A stretch of DNA of 64,000 bases. Source: Mobula hypostoma. Taxonomy: Eukaryota. The translations under genes were made by a program, and so were the position numbers. The notes beneath the pieces were generated by a model, which worked only from the letters and a program-made list of their open reading frames with translations, did no database searches and was not told where the DNA came from. The DNA lies in NCBI RefSeq assembly GCF_963921235.1, contig NC_086109.1, forward strand, positions 87,854,001 to 87,918,000, given 5' to 3'. Position 1 is the stretch's first letter, and each line of letters begins with the position of its first letter. Shown piece after piece: positions 52,354 through 64,000 of the stretch.

Positions 52354-54202
52354 CATATATAAATTGAATACTTACAGCAAAAAGAGAGCCAAAAATAGTG
52401 AGGTATACACGGGTTGGTTCATTGTCTATTAAGAAATCTGGTGGTGGAGGGGAAGGAGCTGTTCCTAAAACATTGAGTCCATGTCTTTAGGATCCTGTAC
52501 CTCCTCTGTCATGGCAGCAATAAGAAAAGTGCATGGCTGTTGGGCATCCTTAAAGATGGGTGCCAAATAACCTCTGTGTATAGCTCTGCAGGCAGAGCAA
52601 CTAGCAATGGCCTGAATTGCTGAAGGTTATTGGCTCATAAAGATCTTGGGAAAGAACCAGTGCTTTGGCTTTGTCCAAGATCCCTGTGTACCCATTGGGA
52701 TAAGAGAGAAAATGTAAAACTTTCTTTAGAACTCTTAATAAATATTTCATTTCTTCACATAACCACTGAATTCCTTAATGTACTTCTTCCCAAGGAAATA
52801 TAGAAGCATTAAAACTCGAACCATCTGGAACTCTGTCGCTCATCGCTCCAAACATAATGAGTCACTGCCATTCTGATATCTCTCGCTGTCAGTTCCTCAT
52901 GTATGATAATGTGTCTCCCTCTGTGTGCTCTATGTAATACAGCATACAGTAGTGAGCTGGCTTACGCTATTGGTAGCAAGGAAGGAAACTGCAACGTCAG
53001 CAATCATTGAGAGGACTAGAATATAAAAGCAAGGCTATAATGCTTTAAAAGACATTGGTCAGAAAGCATTTGGCGAACTATGCCCCAAAATCTGAAAAAC
53101 AATCTGCTGGTATTGGAAAAATTTCAGAGGAGATTTAGAACAGCGATCCCAGAAATAAAAGGTCTGGAATGCTTGATGGTTCTGGGCCTGTATTTCTCGA
53201 GTTTAGGAGCGTGGGGGGGCATCTTATTGGAACCTACCAAATGTGGACATGGAGAAGATGTTTCCAATAGTGATGAGTCTCAGAACAGAAGAATGTCCCT
53301 TTATAGCATAGAGGAGCAGGAATTTCTTTAGCCAGGGAGTGGTGAATCTATGCAATTCATTGCCGCAGAAGGCTGTGGAGGTCAAATCACACGTAAAGTG
53401 GAGGTGATAGGTTTTTGGTTAATAAGGGCATCGAAGGTTTACAGCGAAAAGGCAGGAGAATGTGGTTGAGAAGAAAATGAAGCCGCCATGATTGAATGGT
53501 GAATAGACTGGATGGGCAGCAGACCCCTTTGCGCTTACCGTAGCTCACCCCTAAACCACTTCAAATCTCCATCGGATCTCTGTTTGTAAAGTAACTTCCG
53601 AATTTCCCTCATCCGACTGATTTACAAGGAATGTGATGCAGAAAGAAGTCTACAGATCGCGGGTCAGACAATTCTGGCCTCCCCTTTTTTTGCTACTCAG
53701 AATGAAACTTATATTTTTATTTGTGTAGCTTGATTTTGATTGGCAGCAGAGTTGTTCTATCTCTGGTGTATTTGTCACTGAGTAATTTTGAAAATGGAGC
53801 CATGTTTCATATTGGTGCTAAGGTGAGATGATCTTAGTGCCCTCTGGTCCTGGACTCTCCCACCATTGGAAACATCCTCACTACATTCATATTTCATAGG
53901 TTTCAATGAGATTCCCCTCTCAATCTTCTGAACTCTTGGAGGGCTTTACATGCTGAGTTTCCAAAGTGTCAGATTCACCACCCTCTAGCTAAAGGAATTC
54001 CTTATCATCTCTGCTCTAAAGGTTCATCCTTTTGTTCTGAGCTAGGGTGCCCACAATGTTTTGCGCACTACTAGTGCTGTGGGAGGAGGGCGGGGCAGGT
54101 GGAAGAGGAGGAGTGCCAGAGCAGAGGGTGGTGTGGGTGTAGACACACCCAGCCCGAGACACCACACAAGTCATTTGATTCCAAACAATTGGTTAATTGC
54201 TC

Positions 54203-54441
54203 TTGCAACACACATCAAAGTTGCTGGTGAACGCAGCAGGCCAGGCAGCATCTCTAGGAAGAGGTGCAGTCGACGTTTCAGGCCGAGACCCTTCGTCAGG
54301 ACACTGGGTCAGGACCAAGGGTCTCGGCCTGAAACGTCGACTGCACCTCTTCCTAGAGATGTTGCCTGGCCTGCTGCGTTCACCAGCAACTTTTATGTGT
54401 GTTGCTTGAATTTCCAGCATCTGCCGAATTCCTGTTGTTTG
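54203..54441. mobile_element. Second young fold-back Penelope-derived mini-element with 13-bp TSD
   Basis: Near-perfect inverted arms; TSD tggttaattgctc (54190-54202 / 54442-54454); hammerhead core intact on the minus strand (~54267-54302). Confidence 0.88.
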
Positions 54442-54469
54442 TGGTTAATTGCTCATTACAGGATGTCTG

Positions 54470-54606
54470 NNNNNNNNNNNNNNNNNNNNNNNNNNNNNNN
54501 NNNNNNNNNNNNNNNNNNNNNNNNNNNNNNNNNNNNNNNNNNNNNNNNNNNNNNNNNNNNNNNNNNNNNNNNNNNNNNNNNNNNNNNNNNNNNNNNNNNN
54601 NNNNNN
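54470..54606. other. Assembly gap (N run)
   Basis: Run of n. Confidence 1.
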
Positions 54607-57600
54607 CTTCCCCTTTTCCCAACCACAATTCCCCTCTCCCTGCCCCCTTCCCACTCTCAGTCCACGATAGAGACCCATATCAGAATCAAGTTTATCATCA
54701 CTCATGTCATGAAATTTGTTTTTTTTTGCAGTACAGTGCAATACATAAAATTACTACAGTACTGTGCAAATTCTTAGGCACCCTAGCTATATATATATAT
54801 GTGCCTAAGACTTTTGCACGGTACTATATTTGGTTGCCTTTAATGCGATTCCCCCATCATTCTACCATTAACTACCCCTACCATTAACTGAGGGGTCCAT
54901 AGTCTACATGTTGGGAACTCCTGTTCTGGACTCTAGGAGTACTTGCACGCTGAATTTTTTAAGTATGTTATCGAATTATTCTGGGTTCTTATTGAGCCAT
55001 TTCTGCAAACAGACTGAAACGTGGCTAGCTGCAACGTAATACAACTTCCCCTCTGCTCCAACGAGGGTCTTTAACCTTTCTGTCTCTCCAACATCCCACA
55101 ATCGCCACCTGCCCTGCCCAACCAATAATAACCTGGGAGTCACCACCAACTGGAAGTACAGGTGGATCAACCGCACAAGTGAAGATACAAAAACACGAGA
55201 CTGTGGATGATGAAATCTGGAGCAGCATTTCCTCTACTGGAGCAACTCAATGAGTTGAGCAACATCTGTGGGCGGAAAGGAATAATTGACATTTCAGGTT
55301 GAAATCTTGCTCCAGGACAGATGTGGCTCAGCCTGCTGATTTCCTCCAGCAGATAGGGTGTTGTCGCCACGTGCATGTGCTACATGCAGGCACAACTGGG
55401 AGTATGCTGGCATATGACTGGGTTCGGTTCTGTCTGCCTCATTATAGGAAGGATGTGAAGGATTTGGACAGGGTGCGGAGGAAATTTACCAGGACTCTGC
55501 CTGGATTAGAGAGCATGTCTTATGAGTGAAGATTGAGCAAGCTGTGATTTTTCTGCTTGGAGAAAAGGAGCATGAGAGGTGGAGAGCCAGCGCCATTTAC
55601 TTAGGGCAGTAATAGCTAATGGTGAAGACGTAATTTTGAGGTATTGAAGTGTGCCGGACTTGGGTGCCAAGGCTGATGATAGAGGCAGATACATTGGGAG
55701 CATTTAAATGAGTTGAGCAACATCTGTGGGCGGAAAGGAGGAGAGTAGCAAGCGTGCGGCGGCAGCATCGCCTCCTGCAAGTTTTCCCTTCAAATCGTAC
55801 ATCATCCTGACTTGGAAATGTACACCGTTCTTTCATCATGGCCAAAGCTTCCTGCTCCAACAGCAGCTAGGGCAGAAGGGGAGTTTCAAGAAAGTGGCTG
55901 GCCACCACCTTGAGGGCAAATAAGGGTAAACAATAAATGCTGGCAATGATGCTCAGAGCCCAAATGTGGAAACCCCAATCATTATTGAAGGTCAAAGGTC
56001 TTAATGTGCCATTATATTTCTGCTTTGTATGTTAGCATCCTTGCAGTGACTGCGTAAGACAGAATAATTATAGTTAGCTTCACAATATGATCAGTGCCAA
56101 TGGCTGTTTAACCACAGTTCATTAAAAATGTATGAAGATTAATGTAAGAGGAGCAGTTGATGGCTCTCGGCCTGTAATTGCTCACGTTTAGAAGGATGGG
56201 GAGGAGGGGATCTCATTAAAACCCTACTGAAAATTGAAAGACCAAGATAGAGTGGACGTTAAGAGGATGTTTCCAGTTGGGGCGGGGGGGGGGGGTCTAG
56301 GTCCAAAGGGACCAGCCTCAGAATAAAAGGATGTCCCTTTAGAACAGACATGAGGAGGAATTTCTTCAGTCGGGGTGGTGAATTTGTGGAATTAATTGCC
56401 GCAGGCAGTTGTGGGGGCCAAATTATTGGGTATATTTAAAGGGGGAGTTGATAGGTTCTTGATTGTCAAGACATCAAAGATTGTGAGGAGAAAAGGCAGG
56501 AGAATTGGTTTGAGAGGGATAATAAATCAGCCATGATGGAATGATAATACAGACTCAGTGGGTCAAATAGCCTAATTCTGCTCCTATGTCTAATGGTCTA
56601 AAAAGAAGACCTTTATTCCTTATAAGAAGTCAAGGGCTTAATCCCATTAGTGTTATTTATAGCCCAGATTGGATGGGCATAGTTAATCCATTAAGTGATT
56701 TAGTTGTTATTAAGGACGCTCCCTTTCTGACTCATGGTGAGGATACTCCCAGATATGTCATTTAACTGACAGCCAGTGGATTAAGGAGGGATAAGAGATG
56801 TAGTGTACTGACTCTCACGTGGTCGCCAGCAAAATCTCGTCACTAATTAATAGTGAGAATTTAATATTTATAAAGGTTATAAAAGAAAGTAAAGGCAGGA
56901 TGAAGGATGTCAGAGGGTAAGTTTTTCAGACACAGTGGTGGCTGCGAGGAACACCATGTCATGGGTGGTGGTAAAGGCAGATATATTAGGAATGTTTAAG
57001 AAACTCTTAGATAGACACATGGATGAAAGAAGAATGGAGGGCTATTAACGAGGTTTAGATTGATCTTAGAGTAGGTTAAAGGGTCGGCACGACATTGTGG
57101 GCCAAGGTCCTGTACTGTTTTATGTTCTGTTATTATTAAAAAGACTGTCTGCATTGACACTTCAGTCATCTTGGATGCACTGTGCTTAAAGACAATATAA
57201 AGAGTAGCTTTATTTGTTACATGCGCTTTGAAACATCAAAACTTAGTGAAATGTGTCATTTGTGTCAATGGCCAACACAGTGTCTGGATTTGCTGGGGGC
57301 AGCTCACATGTGTGGCCATGCTTCCAGTACCAACATAGCGTGCCCACAACTTACTAATTGTAACCTTAACCCGTATGTCTTTGGACTATGGGAGGAAACT
57401 GGAGCACCTGGAAGAATCCGACGTGGTCACAGGAGATATACAGTGGTGTGAGAATTGAATCCCAATCACTGGCGCTGTAAAGCGTCTTGCTCACTGCTGC
57501 ACTACTGTGCTACAGTAGCTCTGGTTGTCATTATATAGTTTGAGTGGATTTGAGTGGATTGAGTGCCAGATCCGCAGATTTATGGGCACTGTAAATGCAT

Positions 57601-58624
57601 CTAGACACCATTTGCAATAACTCAGAGAAGAAATAAATATGCTTCACATGACGCTGCACATGAAGTGGAAATATTTTCAGATGCAGTCAAGTTCTTGCTG
57701 GAACCAGATGCGGTTTGTGGACTTTGTTAATATATAGCCAGCCACCAGTCCCCAGGAGGGATATGGTGACCTGGATGAAAATATTTGCAGACTCCACATA
57801 TTTAACTGCTGGAAGATGTGCTAGAAGGAGCACTCCATTTCAAGCAACAATTAATTTCCAAATGAGTTTGTTCTCCAGGTTGTGTGTTCCCATAAAGATA
57901 TGTTATATTAGTTTATGGATGCATTTCAGGATTTGGCAGTTTGTAAATTGTCATTACGGAAACATTTAATGATAAAATGGGGGGAAATTTCTCAGTCCAA
58001 AAATCAGAGTTTAATGGTTCTGAAATGAGAAGGAAGATTAAGATGCAGTGTGGTATTATAGGTGTTGCTCTTTTTTGTGGTTACTGCGTCATGGTATGGG
58101 ACAATTACTTGAAATTAATAGTAGCTTGGATATTTAAAAAATGCATTCAAAAGGTCAGGTTGAATCTTGTGTTTTTTTACTAAGTGCTGTCATGATATTA
58201 CAAAAACTGCAGTGAACTGTCAGGTCAGCAGAAAAGGTCTACCATCACTGCAGGACTTGTACATGTCCATGGGACAAAGAAGCAGGTGGGAAAAACCATG
58301 GTTGACATTACCCACCCTGAAAACAGCCTTTTTCAAAAGCTTCCTTCTTGCAATTGCTTACAAGGCTACTAAAACTTCACATAATCTTAAATGTTTTCTC
58401 CCCCAAGGTGGTCAACCTGATCAACCGTTCAAGTTAGCCACCCCACCACCTCAATATATTACCTCAGTTTTTGCACAGTAAAAATTTTAAATCATTTTTA
58501 TTCTGTTTGCATTGTAAGTACATGCTGGTATTTATGCACATTTTATTCCTTATCTATACTTTAATTTCTAACATTATATATAACTCTTTATTCTTTATAA
58601 TGGTTAAATATTGTTTTTTGTTGT

Positions 58625-60075
58625 AAATTCAAAGTTCAAAGCAAACTTGTTATCAAGTTACCTGTATGTCACTGTATACAACCCTAAGATTTGTTATCTT
58701 GTGGGCATACAAAAACACAATAGAATCAATGAAAGACACCCCCCCCCAACCAAACAAGGCATTCGAGCAATCAGTATGCAAAGGATAACAAACTCTGCAA
58801 ATACAAAAAAAAGTAGTAATAATAATAAAAAATCAGCAATAAGTATCAAGATCATGAGATGAAGAATCTTTGAAAATGAGTCCATTGGTTAGGGGACAGT
58901 TCAGTTGAGTGAAGTCATCTGCTTGGGTTCAGGAGCCTGGTAGTTGAGGGGTAGTAACTGTTCCTGAATCTGGAGGTGTGGGTCCTGAGGCTCCTGTACC
59001 TTCTTGCTGATGGCAGCAGCGAGCAGAGAGCATGGCCTGGATGGTGGGGGTCCTTGGTGACAGATGCTGCTTTCCTGCGACAGTGTCCCATGTAGTTGTG
59101 CTCAATGGCAGGGAGGGCTTTACCTGTGATGGACTAAGCTGTATCCACTACCTTTTTGTAGGCTTTTCCATCCGACAACATTGTGGTTTCCATACCAGGC
59201 CATGATGCAACCTGTCAATATACTCTCCACCAAGCAAATATCGAAGTTTGTCAAAGTTTTAGATTACGTGCTGAATCTTTGCAAAGAAGTAGAGGTGATG
59301 CTGTGCTTTCTTTGTCATGGCACTTCACGTGCTGGGCCCAGGACAGATCCTCTGAAATGATAACACCAAGAAATTTAAAGCTGCTGACCCTCTCCACCTC
59401 TGAATCCCTTTTGAGCAGTGGTTCATGCACCTTTAGTTTCCTCCTCCTGAAGTCAACAATCAGCTCCTTGGTCTTACGGACATTGAGTAAGAGGTTGTTG
59501 TTGTTGTGGCACCACTCAGCCAAATTTTCAGCCTCCTACATGCTGAATCATCACCTCCTTTGATTCAGCCAATGACACTGGTGTTGTCAACAAATTTAAA
59601 TCACAGTTGCAAGTATAAAGCCAGTAGGGCAGGGGACTAACCACACATCCCTGTGGTGGATCTGTGCTGATTGAGATTGTGGAGGAGATGCTGTTGCCAA
59701 TCCAAACTGACTGGGGACTGCAAGTGAATAAATCAAAGATCTAGTTGCACAATGATGTATTGAGGCCAACGTCTTAAAGCTTAGTGATTAGATTTGACGG
59801 GATGATAGTATTGAATGCTGAGCAGCATTCAATAAGAAGCATTCTGATGTTTGCATCTTTGCTGTCCAGATGTTCCAGGATTATGAAGAGCCAATGAAAT
59901 GGCATCTGCTATTGACCTGTTATGATGGTAGGCAAACTGGAGCAGATCAAAGTCAGGGGCTAAGCACACTGCCTTATGGTTCTCCTGTGCTGATGGAGTT
60001 TGTGGAGGAGATGTTGTCACAATTCCAAACTGACTAGGATCTGCAAGTGAGGAAATTGATGATCCAATTGCAAAT
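58625..60075 (-). mobile_element. Rex1/Babar-like LINE, decayed RT and 3' end
   Basis: [20 protein letters not shown]; WCHNNNNLLLNVRKTKELIVDFRR...FKFLGVIISEDLSW. Confidence 0.85.
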
Positions 60076-60744
60076 CCTAATTCCTAATATGTATACAAGT
60101 ACTGCATATGGTGAATCAAGTTGAATCTTGAACATTGGTTAATTCAATCTTCACATTCTTGTCATTTTCAGTCAAATTGAACCCAGTTGATTCATATAAT
60201 ATCTCAAGTGATGTGAGGAGTAGTGAATGTGTGTGTTATTAGAGGAAAAAGTAGTGTTCAGCGTAGTCCTTTCTCCCTTGAGTATGATAGCGTCCACTCG
60301 GTATCATCGATATACATCTCCCCATCGATGTTACAACTCCCTTGCACTGTGACTCTGAAATGTTGGTTCAAGTTTAATAATCAATATCTGCAATTTGCTT
60401 GTTCACTTTTGACTTGGGTTCCATTGAGAAAACCATTGTTTATTGTCATTTCCTGAGTACCTTGTGAAAAGTTGCTCTTTTGAAAATGCCAGACTGCTTC
60501 AGAAACAAGTTGTTCAGTAATGTCCTGCAATGGTTCAAGTTAATGACTTGGTTCCAGGCACAGAAGTAATCGATACAGCTTGGCGTTCAATTTTGAACGA
60601 TGTGTTAATCTGATCTCTAGCCATGAGACAATTATTGGAAGTAGCATTGGCAAATCGGAGTGCTGGGAATATTCATTATAACTGGCTGAGAATAATCTCT
60701 TAAAGCTGTATAATAGAGTTATACATGAGTATTTGTGAACTCAA

Positions 60745-61265
60745 TTCAAATTCCCAGTCTCATTCTGGCATGTCTCTCCATGGCCTCCTCTACCACATTG
60801 ATGAAGCTAATCTCAAGTAGGAGGAGCAACCCGCCATATCCTGTCTGGGTAACCTCCAATCTGACGGCATGAATGTCGATTTCTTAGACTTTTGGAAACT
60901 ACCCCCTCCTCTCCACTTCCTGTTTTCTATTCCCCTTTCTGGTTACCCTGTCACGAATTCTCTCCTCACCTGGCTATCATCTCCCTCTGGTTCCCCCCTT
61001 CCATTTCTTCCATGGTCCACTGTGCTCTCCTATCTGATTCCTCCTTCTTCAGTCCTTCTTCCACCTATCCCTCCCAGCGTCTTACTTCATACCTCTGCCT
61101 CACCTGGTTTTACCGATCACCTGTCAGCTTGTACTCCTTCCCTTACTCTTTATTCTGGTCTGCTCCCTTCCTTTCCAGTCCTGATGAAGAGCCTCGGCTG
61201 TTTATTCCTCTCCATAGATGTTGCCTGCCTTGCTGAGTTCCTCCAGCATTTTCTGTACATTGCTG
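60745..61265 (+). mobile_element. Penelope-like element 3' fragment
   Basis: HGLLYHIDEA..EEQ..I..LGNLQSDGMNVDF remnant, pyrimidine UTR, cagtcctgatgaag half-hammerhead. Confidence 0.7.
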
Positions 61266-61644
61266 TAAAATCATTTTGCACTGTTTCTCCATTACTATGG
61301 AGAAATGGAGAATTACTATGGAGGCATAGCTGCACTATGCCAAGTCGAGTTGAATGGAGGATGGATCCCATTGGGACGTGTGTCAGAAAGCTGCCAGGTG
61401 ATAATTCCCCCCTCACATCCCGATTTCAGCGGAAGCCACAGGTGCTTGTTAAGCACCTCCCCACAGATGCGTAGCAGAAGGAAGCAGCTACGTTCTCTAC
61501 AGTGGCTTCCCGGATGGAACCTTTGCTTTCACCATTCAATGCTATACTGAGCCGACGCCCCAGAGTCGCGTGAGTTGCTCCCAATGTGTAAGAACCGGTA
61601 GAACACTTCGGGATGTTTAACTGCTGCTGTTCCTTCTGTTTCAG

Positions 61645-61837
61645 ACAAAACTCCGCTGCAGCTCTGCAGGAGGACGTAACGCCAATCGTATCCTCTGAAG
61701 ACTGCTCTGTGCAATTTCAACAGCATCTGGATGTTTACATGTACACCATCAATAACCCCCAAGGAGCAGAACTCAGCAGCGTGGAACACAACATCAGCGA
61801 GCTGCAGAAATACATCCACTCTCACAGGCGTGACATG
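61645..61837 (+). CDS. AKAP13: AKAP13-family RhoGEF, internal coding exon (193 nt)
   Basis: Acceptor ttctgtttcag|, donor gacatg|gtaaga; phase 2 start completes CA|A from the previous exon. QNSAAALQEDVTPIVSSEDCSVQFQQHLDVYMYTINN...ELQKYIHSHRRDM resembles AKAP13 DCSVRHHRELDIYTLT. Confidence 0.85.
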
Positions 61838-62794
61838 GTAAGAATCAGTTTGGCTTCACAAACTCTTCTCTGTCAGTTTGGTTTCAAAGTGCAAAACATC
61901 TTTAACCATAGAAATTCTATGTAAAACATTGTCAGAATTAGAATCACTGACATATATCCTGAAATTTGTCGTTTTTTGGCGGCAGTGCAATGTAAGACAT
62001 TAAAAAAAGCTGTACTGATTTAAAATAAACATAAATAGTGCAAAAATGGAATAGTGAGTTAGTGTTCATGGGTTCATGAACCGATCAGAAATCTAATTGC
62101 AGAGGGGAAGAATCTGTTCCTAAAGTATTCAGTGTGGGTCTTCAGGCTCCCATATCATCAACTCGATGGTAGCAATTAAAAGAGGGCATCCTGGATGGTG
62201 AGGGTCCTTACTGAAGGACACCACCCATCTTGAGAGGTACCACCTTAATCATCATGATAGAGTGAAAATCAGAGAGCACTGCTGCAGAGGAACAGGTCCC
62301 TTTCAGTCCGTGCTGAACTATTATTCTACCTGAAGAAGCCCGGAACATCGACTGTTTACTTATTTCCATAGGTTCTGCCTGACCTGCTGAGTTCCTCCAG
62401 CACTTTGTGTGTGTGTTTCTATTACTCTGCTTCGTCACATTGAACTGCACCCGGATCAGAGCCCTCGGTACCCCTCCCATCTATGTAGCTGTCCAAACCT
62501 CTTTTAAAAGCTGCACATCTTTTTGAAGATGCCCTTGATGGTGGAGAGGGTTGTGCCCTCCATCAAACATAAAATTATAATTATCATTTGACAATGCACA
62601 GCCATATGAAACTAAAATATCTCAATGATTTGGAGCATAATTTGAAATTTTGCTCCAAATCATGGAGATTTTGAAGTAAGAGTTGGGTCCATCTTCTATC
62701 TCCTTCTATTAACGTTATACAGGAATAAATGAGTCATCGTTGAATCAATCATCAATCTGTCATACATCAAATGGCTTTCAAAATTATAAACTCA

Positions 62795-63540
62795 AGATAT
62801 TCTGCAGATGCTGGAAATCCTGAGCAACACACTCAAAATGGTGAAGGAACTTAGCAGGTCAGGCATTGTCTATGAAAATGAATAAACAATCGATGTTTTG
62901 GACCGAGACCCTTCTTCAGGACTGAAAAGGAAGGGTGAAGATGCCAGAGCAAAAAGGTGGGGGGAGGGGAAGGAGGACAGGCAAGAAATGGTAGGTGAGA
63001 AAAGTAAAGGGAAGAAGGAATCTGCTAGTTAGAGGAGAGTGGACCAAAGGGAAGGAGGAGGGGCATCGGGGGAAATGATAGGCAGGTGAGGAGAAGAGTC
63101 CAAAGGCCACAGTAGGGAACAGAAGAAGAGAGAATGGGGAGGGATTTTGTTTTACCGGAAGAAGCAATTAGTGTTCATGCCATCAGGTTGGAGGCTACCT
63201 AAATGGAATGTGAGGTGTTGCTCTTCAGTCTGGAGGGTGGCCTCATTGTGGCTATGTCATGTTGATACAGGAACGAGGACAGGAAGTAAAAAGGTTGGCC
63301 ACTGGGAAATTCTGCTTTTGGCAGAAGGAGTGGAGGTGCTGGACAAAGCGGTCCCCCAATTTATTTCAGGTCTCACCAATGTAAAGGAGGCTTCATTGAG
63401 ATCACTGGACACAATAGACAAACCCAGCAGATTCACAGGTGAAGTGTTGCCTCACCTGGAAGGACTGTTTGGGACCCTAAATGGAGGTGAGGGAGGAGGT
63501 AAATGTGACATTTCTGGCACGCACTTACAGGATGTGTGCC
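62795..63540 (-). mobile_element. Penelope-like element 3' fragment
   Basis: Minus strand GIY-YIG remnant (VYCVQ...LYIGET), EEQHLTFHLGSLQPDGMN, decayed hammerhead at ~62887-62924. Confidence 0.75.
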
Positions 63541-64000
63541 AATAAATGTGAAGGGATAATTACCTTCATCTTCATTTTAAATTACAATATTTTATTAGTA
63601 TCATTATTTATCTTTACACATTTTAATCATTGCAAGGACTATGAATAATTTATGAATATTATTTATCATTTATGACTATTCCAAATAGCCCTACTGATCT
63701 GAAAAGGGTAGTTTTCAAATGTTAATTGTGCTATCAGACTTGCTGGATATCTTCTATATTTAATGCATAATGGGTAAATAAATTGAGTTTCTTCTGTCTG
63801 CCCAAGAAAATTCAGCTTTTTAAATTGATCCACTGTCATCAGATTGCTCCAGAATCCAGCTTCTGCAATGGCTTGTCGTCAGATCTGTTAATTTTGTTGT
63901 TAGGGTGCAGTGTTCTGGATGTGGCCCTGGTCATTCTGTGAACCTAGACTAAGAAATGCCACCATACAGTACTGTGTAAAAGTCTTAGGTATTATATGTA

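Larger units (their letters stand above)
54044..54826. mobile_element. Inverted copy of the composite mini-MITE-bounded element (contains the Penelope insert and an N gap)
   Basis: Reverse-complement match to the interior of 43390-43700; intact mini-MITE at ~54757-54826 and a decayed one at ~54044-54075. Confidence 0.7.

Noticed and set aside
1-64000. CRISPR arrays, rRNA or tRNA genes, prokaryotic operons
   Set aside because: None seen; tRNA-like A/B boxes belong to SINE heads and the repeats are dispersed, not regularly spaced.

Overview
Repeat-dense vertebrate genomic DNA, inferred from its repeat families to be a cartilaginous fish (probably a ray). Three + strand coding exons (15555-15851, 46771-46954, 61645-61837) splice in frame and encode part of the N-terminal region of an AKAP13 (AKAP-Lbc)-family RhoGEF; the rest of the window appears to be intron of this gene. 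The introns hold a near-complete young CR1 LINE (esterase ORF1 + APE-RT ORF2), many CR1, Rex1-like and Penelope fragments, V-SINEs, RTE-derived elements, Tc1/mariner elements (DD34E and DD38E) and their MITEs, Tigger, hAT and Harbinger non-autonomous elements, solo LTRs and two N-gaps. Main observations: (1) an in-frame U_UUA_AAC slippery site joining CR1 ORF1 to an ORF2 with no upstream AUG, suggesting -1 ribosomal frameshifting; (2) ~235-bp fold-back Penelope-derived insertions with 13-bp TSDs, one with hammerhead ribozyme cores on both strands; (3) a composite transposon bounded by two mini-MITEs that share their TIR with a DD38E transposase fragment in the same window. Family assignments come from recalled motifs; no database searches were run.
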